A stretch of DNA of 54,504 nt, the filler included, from Basidioascus undulatus (taxonomy: Eukaryota), in assembly GCA_000826855.1 (NCBI GenBank). It is 3 parts of 3 records of this genome, joined end to end, with 100 filler letters (N's around TTAATTAATTAA, not from the genome) between each part and the next. Parts side by side here need not be neighbours in the genome. Positions count along the whole stretch, not along the records: positions 1 to 18,108 come from JTLS01000484.1; 2 more parts are not named here. One strand, 5' to 3'. Shown here in pieces: positions 1 to 11,740 of this stretch (the first letter of the stretch is position 1; each line of letters starts with the position of its first letter). Both the position numbers and the translations under genes were made by a program. The notes beneath the pieces are model-generated. The model ran no database searches. It was given only the letters and a program-made list of their open reading frames with translations, and was not told where the DNA came from.

Positions 1-68
1 CCCCCCTCCCTCCCCCCTCCCCCCGCACCGCTGCCGTAGCCAGCAGCGTTAATCTCCGACCCGTGCAG

Positions 69-2807
69 CTTCGAGTACAAGATCAGCAACATCCTCGACA
101 AGCCTCTCGAGTCGGCGTTCGGGTACGTGTCCGTCCTGCCCGGCGCGTTCTCCGCGTACCGATACCGCGCGATCCTGGGCCGCCCGCTCGAGCAGTACTT
201 CCACGGCGACCACTCGATGGCGGAGAGACTTGGTCCGAAGGGGATTAATGGGATGGGCATATTCACGAAAAAGTAAGTCTGCAACGTACGGGTTCGAAAT
301 TCGGTGGAAAGCTGGCTGACAGGGCTCCTTTCGCAGCATGTTCCTGGCCGAGGACCGGTACGTCGCGGGATGAGATCGCAATCGCTCGAATCGGCTGCAC
401 AAAGGGAAACACTAACATCGATAATTGCGGTGGGACAGTATCCTTTGCTTCGAGCTCGTTGCGAAGCAGAACGCTCGTTGGACGCTGACTTACGTCAGTA
501 CGTCCGAGCTTTCTCGACATTACAGGCCCCTCGGCTGTGACTAATAAAATGAGTTTTGCAGAGGCAAGCCGGGCGGAGACGGACGTACCAGGTAGGTCCA
601 GTGTTGATTGGCGTCTGGCTTTGAAACTAACACGCATCCGTACCAGAGGAGGGCCCGGAGCTCATCTCGCAGCGCCGTCGCTGGCTGAACGGGAGCTTCG
701 CTGCCACGGTAAGGTTGGGTTGCACTCTTCTTGTAGCGTTATTGTTCTAACTTGGTTGTTCTATGTCTGAGGTGTACTCGCTCGTTCACTTCTTCAAGCT
801 GTACCGCTCTGGGCACGGGATCATTCGCATGTTCTTCTTCGTAAGTTTCCCGTGCACACTGTCGGCATCGCGGATGATGTACACGAACTGACGAAAATGT
901 GATGTATTCAGCACATTCAAGCGATTTACAACTTGGTCGTCCTCGTCGTCACCTGGTTCAAGTAAGTCCGTACTTCCCGTAGTGACGCTGAAGCGATGTT
1001 TACCGAGTTGCACCTCCAGCCTGTCCTGTCGTACGCACAAGCGCATGATACTCTCATTAGTATAAGATACTCACAAAAGATTTTTTCAGTTTGGTTGACG
1101 TTCCACATCATCACCGACCTCCTCGCCGATGGTGACAACCCAGTTGTGAGTCCTGACATGCTTTCTCCCCGTGCGCGCCGCTCATTAGCGATCACTAGTA
1201 CCTTTTCGGCACGAAAATCATCACGGACTGGGTGAACATGGTCACCGCCTGGATCTATATCTTCTTCCTCATCTTGCAGTTCGTCCTCGCACTCGGCAAC
1301 AGGCCGAAGGGCGAGCGCTTCACTTATAACGTTTCCTTCGTGTAAGTCTGTATTAATCTATTGCACATGAGCGCTGCGCATGCTGAAATGCCTCTCCGGA
1401 CCATTTGCAGTGTCTTTGGAATACTGGCGCTCTACATGATCGTCTGTGCCTTGTGGCTCACCGGTAAGTGTTCGGCGAGCGTTCTCGCGAGAGGCTGGAG
1501 CTTTGCTGACGAGATGGTCAACCTCCAGCAAAGGGCTTGACCGCAATCGACCTCAGCAAGGCCGACAGTGTCTCAGGAAAATTGTCTGTCCTGCTCAACG
1601 GTACCAACGGAGTCCTCCTGGCCGCGCTTGCGGCCACCGCTGGCATCTACCTGATAGCGAGGTAATATGATCTTCTGTCCGTTATGCTAGATGCCCGGCT
1701 GATGCAAGCTCCACTCCAGTTTCATGTTCGGTAAGCTCCTGAGAGTCTACCGCAGTGCGTCAACGGATGCTTACACAGCGCCAACAGGCGACCCGTGGCA
1801 CATGTTCACTTCATTCCCTCAATACCTCCTCATGGCGCCTTCTTTCATCAACGTCCTGAAGTGCGACGCTTCTTTACGTTCGCGTCGCATCTCATGATCT
1901 GACGAGTGTGCGCCCGCAGCGTCTACGCTTTCTGCAATCTGCACGGCAAGTGCCGCGACGGCCGCTTTCACAACGCCGTACTGCTCAATCGCTGAATTTT
2001 TTTGAATCTGCAGATGTCTCGTGGGGTACGAAGGGGTCGGACAAGGACGACCATATTCCGGCCGTCAAGTCGAAGAAGGCCGCCGGTGAAGACGACGCGA
2101 TGGTCGAGACGGAGGAACTGAAGCAGCCGGTATAGCGGTAACTCTTTTTGACCGAAAGTCTTAATGTCTGACGCGTCGCCTTCCAGGATATCGATTCTGC
2201 GTACGCGGCAACCGTTAAGCGGGTGAGATCGCTACTCCTGCTTTATCGTGTCACCCTCACAGCTGCTCATCGCTTGCTTTTGATATTCTACAGACTGTCG
2301 CGAAGAAGACGAAGGACGACGGCCCGCCCGAGAAGCCCAGCCAAGACGACGAGAACAGGACGTTCCGGACGCGCCTGGTCTCAGCCTGGAGTGCGTGTTC
2401 TTGACTGTCACTACGACGAAGGAAGCAACTAACTTACATTCCTAACATTATAGTCCTTTGTAACGTATGAACAAGGAAGGTGTTCTTACAGCCCCGGCCC
2501 AGATACTGACAGTCGTCTCGCTCAACAGGGTGCCTTGACGGTCCTCGTCCAGAACGCAGGTGGCGTCGTCTCCAACGACCCCGATACCATCAAGCAGCAG
2601 CAGGCGGACGTCCGCAAGAAGCAAGGCCTGTGTGTCGTCCGCTCCCGGAAACAACTCCTTCCGATCGTGCTGACCGACCGCGCGACTGTACACAGATTCT
2701 TCAAAACACTCCTTCTGGCGACGTTCGCTCTGACCTCTTTCAAGCTCGTCTTTGCTGTCTTCTTCTGGTGCAAGACGTACATGTTCAAGTGTTGTAGGAA
2801 GAACTAG
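69..2807 (+). CDS. Chitin synthase (GT2, division 1, probably class III), 5'-partial, many introns
   Basis: Spliced reading gives [71 protein letters not shown] and [17 protein letters not shown]. It ends ...FKCCRKN-TAG at 2805-2807. Confidence 0.95.
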
Positions 2808-3573
2808 ACGTACATCTTCGTAATCGTTTCTCTCTTGGCTCCGCCACAAGGACACTTCATTCGTCTGGCTCCATACATACCCACGCGTCTTTTCGTGGTC
2901 AGCTTGCGGTGCAATACCTTGGTCTCACAGCTCAGGCGGACTAAGGAAGTGCAAGACGACTGGCTTGAGACGGCAGCTTTCTGAGTCGGCGTCCACCTGC
3001 GTCCACTTGCTCTGCCGCCGAAGAAACTTATTTGGGCGTGCGAGAACACTGGACACTGATCGAATGTCGAGGCTTTTAACTTTGGGGCTGTTCGCTGGAG
3101 TTTGAAGAGTGCGTTCGGAGTCGCTTCGAGGCAACGGTGAGTGGGACGTGAGACGCTGCGAGACACGCTGTGTACGTCTCGCCCAGAGGCACGGCACTGA
3201 GCAGCCGCTTCTTCATTAGTTCTTACAGTTTCATTTATCACGAAGGATTAAAGCGAATACAAACTTCGACCCTGTTAACGTTTGGCGCAGAGAGAAAGAC
3301 GAAGGGCGATGGTGCGCGTGGGCGGGATGAGATGGGGCACACGAGCGCAGAATACAAGCATGGCAAAGCCGGAGTCAAAATATAGTAGATGGCTCTCAGC
3401 TCATAGTATCAGCTGTGACTTCAGATCCCCAGATACCCGCAGGGACGCAATGGCACGCCGATGTCGTGTGTTGGACGACACAGTCTGATAACGCTGCCAA
3501 AGGTCGGAGTGGTCTCGTGCGCATTCTGCGACGTACTACAAACCAGATAGTCCTCGTATCCACTTGAAATGCG

Positions 3574-3655
3574 TCTTTGGTAGTATAGTGGCTAGTATAT
3601 CCGCTTGTCATTCAACCTGATCGCGGGCGACCCGGGTTCAATTCCGGCCAGAGAG
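3574..3655 (+). tRNA. tRNA-Asp(GTC) with 11-nt intron (3611-3621); T-arm one nt short
   Basis: Acceptor stem TCTTTGG/CCAGAGA, discriminator G, anticodon arm TCCGC-TT-GTC-A[intron]C-GCGGG, B-box GGTTCAATTCC, T-run at 3662-3665. Confidence 0.85.
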
Positions 3656-4590
3656 AACTTCTTTTCACCTTCCCTGCAAGGCTGCTTTTCTAGTTTTTCC
3701 ATGCCCTCCCTGTTTTACCTTTCCACACGCCCTTAGACGCGTGCCGCTGAGCCACCCACAGCCCGGCTCGCAGGTTCCGAATCGCCGCGCTCCTCGTCCC
3801 GTCCAGCCCCTCGTACTCGGAACCACCCGGGAAGAACCTTTAATGGACCTTCTTGCCGGACTTCCTCGTCCCCGCTATTCTTCACGCGCTTCCACGTCAC
3901 GGCTGCCCCAGTCCGCGCCCCCCCACAAGCCCGGCTCCACGCTCGTACCCTCAGCGTCGCGCCAATTGCCTTCTCGAAACGTCCTCCAATCTGGGGAAGT
4001 GATGGTGAGAGGGCAACAGTAATTGAACGAAGAATTTGGGGGAATGCGAGCACGCGGTCCAAGATCTGCATGCGTGTGCGAGCGTGCATGTTAAAAGTTC
4101 GCCATTACAGATGCCAAGATAGATGATATTTGCACTTTCTTGCGGCGTAGTGACAGTCGTACGTACTGTTGATCCTTCAGAAAGTTCAAGTTGGTGCTTG
4201 AAGAAGCCGCAGTCCCCAACGACACACGTATCGGCCGTGGCGTACACACTCGCTACAGCCCACAAGCCAAGGCATACATCGACGAGAAACGAGCTCAGAC
4301 GTCTTTAACAGAAGAAAGTACGCAGTTGCGAAAGAACACGTCGAGAACTAGCAAGCAGGGGGACTCATACTACCCAGTTCATATCGTCGCACTTCGACGG
4401 CCTTCGAAAGGTCGATGTCCCTGCTTTGAGAGCACGCTTTCTGAGACAGGAGAACAATACATACCCGCAACTGGGGAATTTCCACGCGCACGCCTAGGCA
4501 AGGAATGAGAAAAATGCTTGGGGAGATGGGAACACCTCATCCATACAAACCGACGTTGACGGATCCTGACTGGCGTCAATTTCTGCCGAC

Positions 4591-7500
4591 TCATTTGAGG
4601 CCGAAGCCCTCGCTGAGCGCTGGTCGAGCCAACACCAAGTCAACCGTTAGCGGCAGCTCCCATGACAATGATCAAATGCAAACACTCACCGACGGCAGCC
4701 TCCAACTTGCGTATCATCTTCTCTGGGGTAGCATACCGATACAGACATAGGCTGCTCAAGATCCGCATCGCACCCGTCTATCGTCAGTCTTTAGCCCAGC
4801 GGCCCCTCGGCGCGGGCAGCCACGCACGTATTGAAGCAAGTCCTCGAGCTAGGCAGTCTCTCGGTGTCCGGGTCGTCTTTGCCCCCGAGCCGGACGATAC
4901 GCAGCGCAAGGCTATGTAGCCCGGTCGCGGGGATGCGATCGGAGCCGGTCACGAAGGCGAGGAGCTTGCGTTGTCTTGTGGGGGGTCGAGACGCGAAATG
5001 TCGCCAAAATGCCCTGGAGTGATAGGCAACAGCCTCAGTGCCCGGATGAGAAGGCCAAGGTGGGGTCGAGCGAGCTGAGCAAGGATGAAAGAAGACGGAC
5101 TGGATCAGCGAATCGGAGGGCGAGAACCCTTCGTAGACGGTCATGTTCTTGAGCTGTCGATATATAATAAGCTTCAACGAGCGGCTTCCGCGAACGCCAT
5201 AGAACGTCTACGCACCTGTTCCACGTTTAACTCGTCCTCCGCCCCTCGCACGAGCAGCTCGACCTCCTCTGCTCTGAACAGGCTGAGCGCGTTCCCGCCG
5301 CAGACGCTCAGGAAACCCTTGCGGAAGGCCTCGAATTGCGTTGAGATGGATTTGGAGAGGAGGAAGTCGGTGTAGAGCTCGACGAATTCTGTCGGGAGTT
5401 GATGGCAAGGGTGAGCGAGGAGGTACGTGAGAGGACTTGGGCAGAGGTGAGCACGGACCGCGACGGTTGGATGCTGTGACGGGCTTGTCGGCTCCGCCGG
5501 GAACGAGCGGAACCTCGACGACCTCGCCGAAGGCCTCGTACTGTCGGCATGCGCCGACCCAAGCATTAGCGATTTCGTCCGTGCCTCCCGAACCCTTCAC
5601 GTACCTCCCCCACAAATCTCCTCTGCAGCACGCTCTCCACACTGCCGTCCCTGCTCTCATCCCACTCTAGCAGCCTCCGCAACCCGCGCGCCAGCTCCGG
5701 CGCCCACTCCGCGAGCTCCCGCAGCCCGACGTCCTGCCGCAGCAGCTTGCGGTAGACCGCGCGCGGGAGCGGGATGTCGAGCGTGATAGTGTGGAACGCG
5801 GCAAGGCCGACAATGGCGCCGACAAGGAAGAACTCGGAGGGCGGGCATGGCGAGGCGGGGTTGAAGTAGAGGAGGTGCGAGGCCGGGTCGGGGGCGGTGA
5901 ACATCCTGGCAGTCGAGCCCCCTTGGGCGACTTTGTGAGCGTCGAGGAGCGAAGATGAGAGTGAATGGACGCGAGAGAGGACAACGCACCCGTAGGAAGG
6001 ATCGAACAGCTTTCGAGACAAGAGGAGGAACCACTCTTTCCTCACTCCACCCGCATCTACACCAGGCTCTCCAACAAACTCGACTCGCAACGCCTTCTTG
6101 AGTTCCGCCTTGTTCGCCGCCATCTGCTCCGTCCCATCCCGCTCTGAGTAAGTAAACTCTTGAAGGATTTTCGAACGGAGGGAAACGAGAAAGGGTCGTC
6201 TATGGGGGGTGACGCACCTGGTTCAACGAGTCCTCGACCAGATGCGTACGCCGAATGTGCAGGTGCAAGAACGGCAGCGTGAGCTTCCGGTGTACGACTG
6301 TGGACAGCAAAGCGGCGTGCGCGCGCGCTTGCATTTGTTGTCTTTTGCATGACCCACCCGCCCAAGTCAGCAGCATCCTTTCCTGGTCTTCAATACGCAA
6401 ATCGTACCGCGCATCGTGCGTCAGTATCTCGATCTACCCTCCCCGCGAAAGCGGTTTAGCAACACCGGTCGTCGGAGATAAAAGCATGAGGGAGAGGGGG
6501 TCGAGAAAAGAAATAGGGATGAGACGAAGGACGACTGAAGCGTACCTTGCCTCCGAGGGTGATCAAGAACGGGTACTGCCCGAGCGCGAACCCGCGCTGC
6601 TTCTCGGACCACGCGGCGTAGTCGTGCGCGAGGGGAAGGGCGTCGGTGAGGGTTGAATAGAAGTCTGTTGGAGACGTCCTCAACCTGGGACATGGAAGAG
6701 ACAGCCATGGCTGAAACTGCACTGCGACGCACGGGAAATGGGTAGGACGCGGGAATGGTCATTGGCTGCGACTGTCGGTGCGGTACATGTCAGAAGTGCA
6801 GAAGGTGGTAGCGCGCCGAGCGGAGGGATGGAGGAAGACGCACACAGCAGAGCCATCATCTTCGCCGCGGACCTCAACTTCCAGTCATCCGCATAAACCA
6901 GCGCGCCCTGGCCCTCGTCCCACACGCTCAGCCGCCCAAGCGCTTTCAAGTGCTTCCGCAATCTTGCGGCAATGCTACCCTCGCCACCCCACCGCTTCAG
7001 CGACTCGCCCGCACGCAACCCAAGAGCGGCAAGAACGGAAAAGGAGAGAAATCAAATGTATGTCTAGCTACGTACAAGCTCCCCACTACCTCCACCTGCT
7101 GGGCGAGCGAGTGGGCCGGGTAAGACGAGGCAGAGGAAAAGTGGGAGACGAGGTGGTGGTGCGCTGAGTTGGGCAGATTGGAGACGAGGCCGAAGAGCCG
7201 GGTGAGTGCGGAGGTGGTGAGTGCGTGGAGGGGCTCGGGGGAGCGGCGGAGGATGGGGTTCTGCGGCCGAGGGTGCGGGGAGGGGTTAGTCGCTCGCTCG
7301 AGAGGAGAAAGGGGGCGGAGGAGAGGACAACGCACTTCGAGGATGACTACCAGACCCCACGTATCCGCCTGTCCCCATTCCTCAGAGTCTTTGCATCCGG
7401 GTCGGCGCAGGGCGTTGTCCTGCGCGCCAAGGACTGCGCGCTGGGCGCGCTCGGGCGCGGAGAGCACGAGGCGGTAGAAGGCGCGCAGGGAGGGGAGGTC

Positions 7501-8215
7501 GGGGCGATTTCGACTCTGTGCGGAACAGGTTCAATGCGCATTAGCCTTGATCAGCGGAGGCGCCTCGAGGCCAAACCGATGTCGACGGCAAGGAGCGTAC
7601 ATCCACGAAGGAAGAAGACGGGCCCGCGAACGTGCACCACGCCGAGAAGACGGCTTTCTCGAACGCTGCGAGGTTGTCGGCGGCGAGAAGGGTTTGGACA
7701 TGGGATAGTTGTAAAGGTTTTCCTGGAGGGAAGGGTAAGCAGTATAATAGCACGAGGATCGGACAACGCATGAGGCGCACCTCGATAAGGCAGGCCGTCG
7801 TGGTCGCCTGTGTAGCCGCATACAACACATTTGAAGGAGCGCACCGTGGCTGGATGGCGCAGCTGCGTCAAGCAACACAAACAAGACACCAAGACCTGCA
7901 CGTTCCCGACCCAAACGCTCAGTCCCGTTATGTTTCTGCAAAGCGAACAGGCAAACGTACCATAGGCGCGGCGCTGTCCAGACCTCTCCTGAGCACCCTC
8001 GGCTGGGCCTCTTCCTCCCGCTGAGCGTTCCAACGACAAGGCACAACATGTGGCGTCGCCGTCGCCTGTGTAACTCTAGGCGGGGAGATGATTGATGGGG
8101 AGGCGCCTACGCTGACGCGGGTCGTCCGCCGGGGCGAGGTGGACGCGGACGGGCGGGAGGACGAAGCGAGATCGGACGGCGGCGGGGAAGGCGGCGGTGG
8201 TGGGGCGGGGGGCAT
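4591..8215 (-). CDS. HUL4: HECT-domain E3 ubiquitin ligase, HUL4-like
   Basis: Motifs LKKALRVEFVGEPGVDAGGVRKEWF, QFEAFRKGFLSVCGGNALSLFRAEEVELLVRG, KLLAFVTGSDRIPATG, catalytic RLPSSRTCFN and C-terminal SEGFGLK-TGA (stop 4591-4593). Start ATG at 8215 is inferred. Confidence 0.9.
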
Positions 8216-8827
8216 CGCCAGATAGAAATGCGCTGGTCCACAATGGTAACTTGGGCGCAGATGATGATGGAGTTGACGAAGCAAGACGAAAGCACGGTGG
8301 CAAGACCAGGAACGCTAAGGAGGGTGCTGGGTTGGAGATTGCGTGGGAAATGTTGTTACCCAAACGCCAGCCAGCCAACTTCCATACTTAGACCACAAGG
8401 AAACACTTTACATTCAAGACCCTCATCGCTCATAGCGTGCTCTGTGTGGCCTTTGTCTCAAAAACAAATAATTTTCAACTAATTATTCTCGCCGGCGGAC
8501 AGTGGGACAGGAACAACTTGAAAAGAATCCATCGGAGGAGTTTGTGGTCCTGAGGGATGGCGTTGCGTCTGTGCAGGATTGACGGCACAGATGGAAGCGC
8601 GTGTTACCTGATTGTTGAACACGCTCGTTGGCCTTTCCTATACGCACTGCGCAACGGACTGCGAGACTGCGAGCTGAAGACTGCAAGGCGCTTTCGAAAT
8701 ACCGCTGCCGAGTCAGCCACTGCGTGCCTCGGAACCGGACTTTGGGTTTCAGGGATCCGCTCATGGTTTTCTCCTCTCCTCTCCTTTGCACCGCCTTAAA
8801 GTCTTGTCGTTTGCCCAATTGATCGCA

Positions 8828-9050
8828 ATGCAGTCTACCTCGGAGCCTGCCTCTCGGGGCGGCGGCTCCTTCCCCGACGAGCCTCCCATCAACCTCCCTC
8901 TCCGCATCGGCGCAGGCAGTTTCGCTTCCGTCTACTCCGGCTCGCGGACATCCCAGCGCTCGTCGAAGCCCACTACGCCAACGACCCGTACTACCCACCT
9001 GCGCGTCCATCCGACCCACTCTAGCCGAGTTCAAGCGCGGCTACCTGTCG
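8828..9050 (+). pseudogene. Internally deleted relic of a DUF3669-type (kinase-like) gene
   Basis: RIGAGSFASVY (8903-8935) is followed almost directly, in another frame, by IPALVEAHYANDPYYPPARPSDPL. A TAG/1-nt deletion at 9022-9024 precedes AEFKRGYL. NDPYYP resembles the DUF3669 C-terminal motif as I recall it. Confidence 0.6.
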
Positions 9051-10012
9051 GTGCGTGCTGCAGGCGAACGACAAAGAATAGAGTCTTCCGCTTTTTGAGG
9101 TCATAGAAGCGAAGCAGAGGGAAAGGAATGCTGTGATGGCGGCGGGAGCGATGGAAGTGGCGGTTGGGCCGGCTGGGGTGTAGAACAGATTTTGGCCAGG
9201 TGGGAATGAGGATATGAAGAGTGAGCCTTGCAGAAGCTATGGATGGATGTCTTCAGTGAGGTGTATTTCGCACAAGCATTGCTGAGCTCTGTCTATCAGA
9301 TCGCAGTTTGTCAGTCGGGTATGGCATGACGGTCGGTCGTGAAATGGAGCGGTTCTTTCCGCTGACGTTCGCTTCAGAAGTAACCCTTTTTTCGCTTTGA
9401 CTTCTAATTCTTTGGGCGAATCATATCAAGGGTCGCCCACAGGCCATAATCCTGCCGGTGCTCGATGGACACCCTGGAGTTGCGGTCACAGACTCAACCT
9501 CGAGACTGCTCTGAGACTGCTCCGCGCAGTGCCAGACGATTTCACCGAATTCAGACGTTTTCACTTCAGCAAACTATTCAAGCAAGCATGGAACTTCGGA
9601 TCAAACGAGATAAAGCAACGTTGCGGTTCCACATTCCTCCTGCTTTCTCTTTCCCAGTTTCCATGCCTGTGGTCAAAGCTAAAGTGAGAGTGATTTCCTT
9701 TGGTGAATATCAAACTAATCCACCCTCTTCAATTGTTCAGCCTGGCTACCAGGTCACCGAAAGCGAGGTGGAGCAGAGCGTAGGGCGAGGCGGCGTAGTT
9801 ACAACCATCGACATTCCGTAATTTCCGCTGTGCTGCCGTACGGCTTCGCTCCGCCGCAGTTGATAAAGGCACAACCTTCTGTTGCGCAACATCCGCTTTG
9901 AAGACCTTCCCGGGGTCCGCCCTGCCTGCTCTTCTTCGCCCACGACCATCATCCCTCCGAATCCAAACCGTTCCTCGCTGCCGCCCAAAGCCACAGCTCG
10001 TTGTCTACCATC

Positions 10013-10540
10013 ATGTCCTCTACCAAGGCCAGCGGTCCCATCGGTGAGAAGGACCCCCAGAACACCAATGCCACCGGGTCCGACCGCAAGGCCGAGGTCA
10101 GCATCACTCGCTCCATTTCGCTTTTCCGACCTCCTCGCTACTCAACTCGGACAGGCGTCGACGGAGACTACCGGCCACTCCACGGACCAAGGCACGACGC
10201 CCTCAATCAAGGTACTCAATTGTCCACAGCACCCCGACACCATCCCATTTCAGCCCTCCTCGCTCCCCTTTGCGCGTGATCGCCGATACGGAAGTTAGCC
10301 TTTTTGCCTCACAGAAAGACGGCCCCCGTCTCCAGAAGCCCGAGGATATGGGCATCGAGGTGACGGGCTTGCTCCGTACAACCTGTTCCTTGTCATGAGC
10401 ATGATGTCCGAGGGTGAGCATAAGGAGGATAACAGTCAAGGACAAGGGCAAAGTGCGTTTTCCCGATCCTCTTGACTCTTTGGGGCAGATCTTGCTCGGC
10501 TGAGTTTCCTATCGCCATCCTTAAGGGCATCAAGAAGTGA
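10013..10540 (+). CDS. Small hydrophilic hypothetical protein, spliced, 3' structure uncertain
   Basis: ATG in good context (ACCATCATG). Exons MSSTKASGPIGEKDPQNTNATGSDRKAE | ASTETTGHSTDQGTTPSIK | KDGPRLQKPEDMGIE are joined by in-phase GT-AG introns; the last exons do not phase cleanly. Confidence 0.45.
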
Positions 10541-11740
10541 TCTTCCGCAAATATTCCTCCCAAGTGCTCGCTTTCACTCCAAGCTGCTCCCATGTCTCAT
10601 CGCGCTCGATCGTGCCGCAGCACGTCTTGTCGTCGGGCGCCTCGGCGATCCATTCCATCATCTGCCTGATGTCCCCTCGTAGCCCGGCCCGGCAGATGCA
10701 GCGACGGTCTTTCTCCATTAGTCAACGTCGTAGGCTCATACACCGCACGCTCGCCCGTAACGCGCTCGTAGGTGGACGCGAGGTCGGAGAAGGGCATGTT
10801 GGGAGAGTTGACGGGGTAGACACGGTTCGCCGTTGCGGAAGGTCCTAGGGCGAATATCTCTGTATGGAAGAGGAATATTATGTGTAAGAATCGCTCTAAT
10901 AGAATATAAGAAGAAGGTGAAAACAGACCAGCTACGTAAATGCCTATGTCCCTCGAGGGATCCAGCCAGCCGACAGTCTTGTTGCCCCTGATCGGAGGAT
11001 AGAACCGCACGATACCGTCATCTAAGAATAAGAACTTGAATGTGAGAATTCCGAATCCTTTGAGACCCAAAAGACATACCCTGCCGGCGGCAGTATTGAG
11101 GCCACTGCACATTGGAAAGGTACAGTTCTGTGCGGTGAACTGGTTCAGTGGATGACTTTTGACTGTAGGAGGCGACATCGACGCACCGGGGTATACGAAA
11201 GAAGCAGCCGACAAAGATTCCTTTGCATACTGCTCGAACCTGGTGCTTCAGGTCGAAGTGGAAAACCTCGTTGAACTTGCCCCGCTCGCTGTGGAAATGT
11301 AGGGCAGGCTGCTGTAGACAAAATGCTGGACGTTGCAGACCTAGAGAGTTCCTCCGACTGTGTCAGCTCAATTTCAGACAGAATGTATTGCTTCAAACGG
11401 TACGTGCCTTGGTGGCGTTCACAAGGTTCTTCCCCGCTTCGAGCTCGTGAAAGAGGTCCTCCTCAGTCTGCGCAGGCTGGCCGGCACGGCGGTTGGCGGT
11501 AACGGCGAAGACTCCGTATACCCCCTGGAACGCCCGCGTCAGGATTTCGATCGAGTAGAAGTCTGCTTGAATCAGCTCTAGACGCTCGTTTCCGTTGTCC
11601 TTCAGCAGCGCCTGTGCGGACGCTGAGTTGGGGTCGCGGGTGAGTCCCTGCACGCGGAAACCGTCACGGGCGAGAAACGCTTTGACAGCGCCCGAGCCTT
11701 AATTGCCTGTGGCACCGACTACGGCGACGAGCCTGGACAT
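10530..11740 (-). pseudogene. NmrA-like NAD(P)-binding protein pseudogene
   Basis: MSRLVAVVGATGN*GSGAVKAFL...RVQGLTRDPNSASAQAL has an in-frame TAA at 11699-11701. Two further 1-nt frameshifts and a second TAA lie near 10720 and 10672 (YEPTTL/xWRKTVAASAGPGYE/DIRQMMEWI). Confidence 0.85.

Noticed and set aside
4820..4860. HECT catalytic motif RTCFN rather than HTCFN as a defect
   Set aside because: The catalytic Cys and terminal Phe motif are intact; as I recall, RTCFN occurs in fungal HUL4-like ligases.
11699..11701. TAA/TAG reassigned to Gln (alternative genetic code)
   Set aside because: Intact genes terminate at TAG (chitin synthase, IPMK, trehalase, RCF2, UBP2) and TAA (LACTB2-like). The NmrA-like and GliT-like genes with internal stops also have frameshifts.
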